Part shown: positions 60,597 through 64,000 of the stretch, piece after piece | Numbering within the stretch: the first letter of the stretch is position 1 | Layout: the number at the start of each line of letters is the position of its first letter | DNA from: the human T2T-CHM13v2.0 reference genome, Homo sapiens | Assembly: GCF_009914755.1 (NCBI RefSeq) | Contig: NC_060937.1 | Strand: one strand, 5' to 3' | Length of the DNA: 64,000 nt | The notes under the pieces: model-generated | What the model saw: the letters and a program-made list of their open reading frames with translations, nothing else | Databases searched by the model: none | Told to the model about the DNA's origin: nothing | Position numbers and translations under genes: made by a program

Positions 60597-62643
60597 AAGG
60601 TGGTAGTTCTTAGGAGCTATCCTCCCCAGAAATAAATCTAACAGCCAAAAATGCGTGACAGTGTGAGCGCCTGCTAACGTCCACAAGCTCAGAGGTGACT
60701 CTCTGTACCATAGGTTACAATTAGCTCTAATTCACTGAGCTGGAAATTGTTTTATTATTTCCTTTAGATTTCTAAAAGAAGTGCCTTCTATTGTAACAGT
60801 GTCAGGCACCTGGTACCTCAACAAATTAATTAAAGCACTGAAGTGTTTTATAAAATCACGAGCCACAGCAATAAAATGGAAAACAGCAATTGTGGGGAAA
60901 AAAATATCTATCTTTGGTCTTAGGCTGTGTCTTAGAGTTTAATGCAGGCAATAAAATCTCTCACCTTTTCTTGATGATGTTTAGTTGGTAGTCATATTTG
61001 TTTTGTTTTCAGCACTGAGAATGTTGAGATAAAGTACATATTCAGGTTGATTTGCCTACAACAAGCAAGTGAGTTTTCTGGAATATTATGTATTCTGCTA
61101 TCATAAACACAGTTTCTATGAAGCAGTGATTTCACATTCTCCTATTCCATTAAGTCAGAATAATTTACGATATGCCATATGTGAGGTTACATGGCAATCT
61201 CTGATGACTTTTTAGGAGGAGAAGGAATTAATTAAAATTAGCATGGTTACCCTTAACCACTAGAAGCATTTAGGTCAATTAACCACTTTCCCCTTAAAAG
61301 ATGAGGCCACTTGCACGTTCACAAACCCATTACTCTGCATTGTCTCAGTACACCAGGTACTGAAGGGGCTACCATTTTCTGGTTTGTTTTATATGTTGCT
61401 CCCTGGTATCTCGGAGAGGAAAACAGAAGAGGAAGAAAACATTTGAAATATTAGTGGATTTATGATTGTGCTGGTCAGTGTCTGTGTCATGTCCTCTAGG
61501 AGTGTAATCTACTAGAGTGAAGGAAAGAACGTGCCTTTGAGATGTAAGCCCATTGTCAATAGCAGGGGTTCTCCGACCGCCTGCACATCCCAGGTCTGTC
61601 TGTGCCTCCTACAGAGGGACCAGAGGAAGACGCCTGCCCATGCACGGGTCTTGGACTGTGGTGGAGTGCTTTCCTCTGTGCTATTTTGGGGGACCTTGCC
61701 TTTTCTTTTTTGAGCTTCAACCTAAAAATCACCTCTCCTTAATGCCCAAAACCCTGTCCTCAACCCCAGGCAGAGCTCCTTGCCCCGTCTTCTGTGGCCC
61801 CACAGCCCCTCACATTCACCTGGCAGGAGCCAAGTCACAGAGGGCTTTGCCGGCCATGGTAAGGTGTGTGGACTTCCTATTCATCGTGAGAGAAAGTGAG
61901 CAGAGGGGTTCACACAAGTGATGACGTGCCTCACGTGTGCAAAGGTCATTCTGGCTGTGGCGTAGTGAAGGAAGAGAGGAAGCAGGGCTTCCCATCAGAG
62001 AGTGAGAGGGGATGGCGGCTCAGACTACACCTTTAGCCATGGAGGAGGCGTCAAGTCACATTGGAGGGATGTGTTGCAGGAGACCTCACAATACATTGGT
62101 GCTATAGGAATTTAAAGTCAGGAGTTGCTAGAGCAGCGGTAGCCAGGGCTGTGACTTGGACGTGACATTGAAGAAAAGGGTCACTAGAGCAGCCTCTACG
62201 GCGAAGAAAGGGGCATCGAGGTGTTATTCTCTGGTGCCCAATTAAAAGGTTGCTAGACGATTATAAGTCTGACTTCTATCTGGATTGATTGATTAATTTC
62301 CCATTAGACATTGTCAAAGAGTAATCTCCTTTAAGAAAAAAAAAAAAAAAAAAGCTTCTCTCTCTCCAAGCAAGCCTAGAAGAAGTGTCGGAAGCTGGAA
62401 GGAATTTGGCAATTTTGTCTGTTATCCTTTTTCCAAGCACGAAACCTTGCACTTAACAACCACATTAATGGAACAATAATTTTAGTCCCTGACTGTTTTT
62501 TCTTTTCAATCCTTAAAAATGACAAACCGTGGGCAATTTCTTCTCTACCACTTGAAGAACTCCTTGTGTAATAAGAAGCCGTTGTCACATGTGTACTGAG
62601 TGTTTTTTCACAGGTGACCGGGGTTTGGTTTTCTTTCTCACAG

Positions 62644-62855
62644 GATACCCAAAGCAGAGGACTGCGGCAGCTCGAAATGGGTTTCCGCCCAAGCCGGACC
62701 CGCAGGCCCGTGAGGCTGAGCGGCAGCTGGTGCTGCGGCTGAAGGAGCGGTGTGAGCAGCAGACCAGACAGCTGGGCGTTGCGCAAGGGGAGCTGAAGAG
62801 GGCCATCTGCGGCTTTGATGCCCTCGCCGTGGCCACGCAGCATTTCTTTAGAAAG
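62644..62855 (+). CDS. MTUS2: MTUS2 internal coding exon (212 nt, phase 1-0), start of coiled-coil region
   Basis: ttttctttctcacag acceptor, AAG/gtgag donor; [71 protein letters not shown] recognised as MTUS2; CpG/GC-rich codon pattern. Confidence 0.92.
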
Positions 62856-64000
62856 GTGAGGCCCCATTTCGTGAAGGTCCAAGGGCATTTTGGTTGGAGG
62901 AGAGTGTGGTGATGGTGACGGTTGTTTGTGTATGTTGCTGTTTTGGGTTTGAGTTTCGATCAGAGTGGAGTTTGGATTTTCAGGAGTTCAGGCAGAATCT
63001 CCTGAGGCATCCCATCATCTTTGGGGAGCCACGTTTATCCTTAGGTGTGAAAGAAATACGTCTGGGAAGGATCATTAATAATCTTCATTCCAAAAGACGA
63101 AATTATGTAAAAAATGAAAGGAAAGGATATACAGGAACATTTTTGAAGGTGGGATCTTTGCAGGAAATGGAGCGTGTGGTAGTTTGCATTTTCGAGGGGA
63201 GATGGTCACTTTCCGACATTACTGCTCACATCACAACAAAGGGAGACAGGGCCCCAGTACCGTTCACGTCGGCTGTTGATGGGCAATGGAATGTGCTTGG
63301 CCTGGGACTCTTCTCAAGGCCATGCTCACAGTTCCCAGAGCAGCATGGGGTGAGGTTCGGATTCTCCTTGTGCCCTCAATTTTTCTGAAAATGCAGGGAG
63401 GTTGGTTTCTCCTCTGCAAATGTCTGGATCTGTGTGTGTATACTGAATCTGTTATTAACCATGGAGCAGATAAGCATCCCAGCCTTTCCCCAGGGAACAG
63501 AGGTGGGAGCCTAGTGTCCCACTGCATTTGTTCTCCACCTTGAAGTCACCAAGGTGTGCTTGGGGGAGAAAAAGCATAAACATAAGTGCACATTTTTGAG
63601 ATGCACATATGGACCTCCTGGTATCTATACATGGGAGGAAGTAAAAGTGCTGTATAAATGCTCTCCAAATAAGAAAGTGAATTAACGAAATATCTGGTCA
63701 ATTTGAAAAGAAAAGCAGAAGAATGTGAAGTGGCTCCATGTCCCCTGGCAGCTCCTTTTTGGCCTTTTATGACATCCTTCACCTTCCCCTCTACTCCAGT
63801 ATAGAAGCCTGAGCTGCTCTTTTTTGTTGTTATTATTTTTGTTTGTGTAAAGCTTTCAACAGAAAGAGCCATTTATCAATCTGTTGTGGTATTAAATGAC
63901 AAGTTGAGTAGACAGCCCTGAAATTTCCATTTTACCAATAGTTTCAGCCTCCTCCCCAACCAGAATTTTAACCCCAGCAGAAAATGGCCAATGTGAATTT

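Noticed and set aside
61915-61945. CRE-like tgacgt and E-box cacgtg side by side (similar motifs at 27305-27316)
   Set aside because: Short motifs expected by chance; no supporting evidence available from sequence alone
62376-63388. 170-aa (-) and 164-aa (+) ORFs near the MTUS2 exon
   Set aside because: An antisense shadow and an intronic chance ORF with a non-ATG start; splice signals delimit the real exon

Overview
Primate (human-like) genomic DNA, mostly interspersed repeats, lying inside a large + strand gene recognised as MTUS2 (TIP150/CAZIP). Two phase-compatible coding exons are visible (27976-28074 and 62644-62855), separated by a 34.6 kb intron. The introns hold three near full-length decayed LINE-1s, many Alus, solo LTRs (MER11, MER4, MER21, MLT1), a full-length GAPDH processed pseudogene inserted in the ORF2 of one L1, and a CpG-rich intronless POM121-like (POM121L2/L12-type) pseudogene on the - strand. 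The most striking observation is that the POM121-like gene and the adjacent L1PB appear to share one target-site duplication. This suggests the gene, with its upstream region, arrived as a ~1.9 kb L1 3' transduction. Repeat subfamily names and locus symbols come from recalled consensus sequences, not database searches, and most repeat boundaries are approximate.
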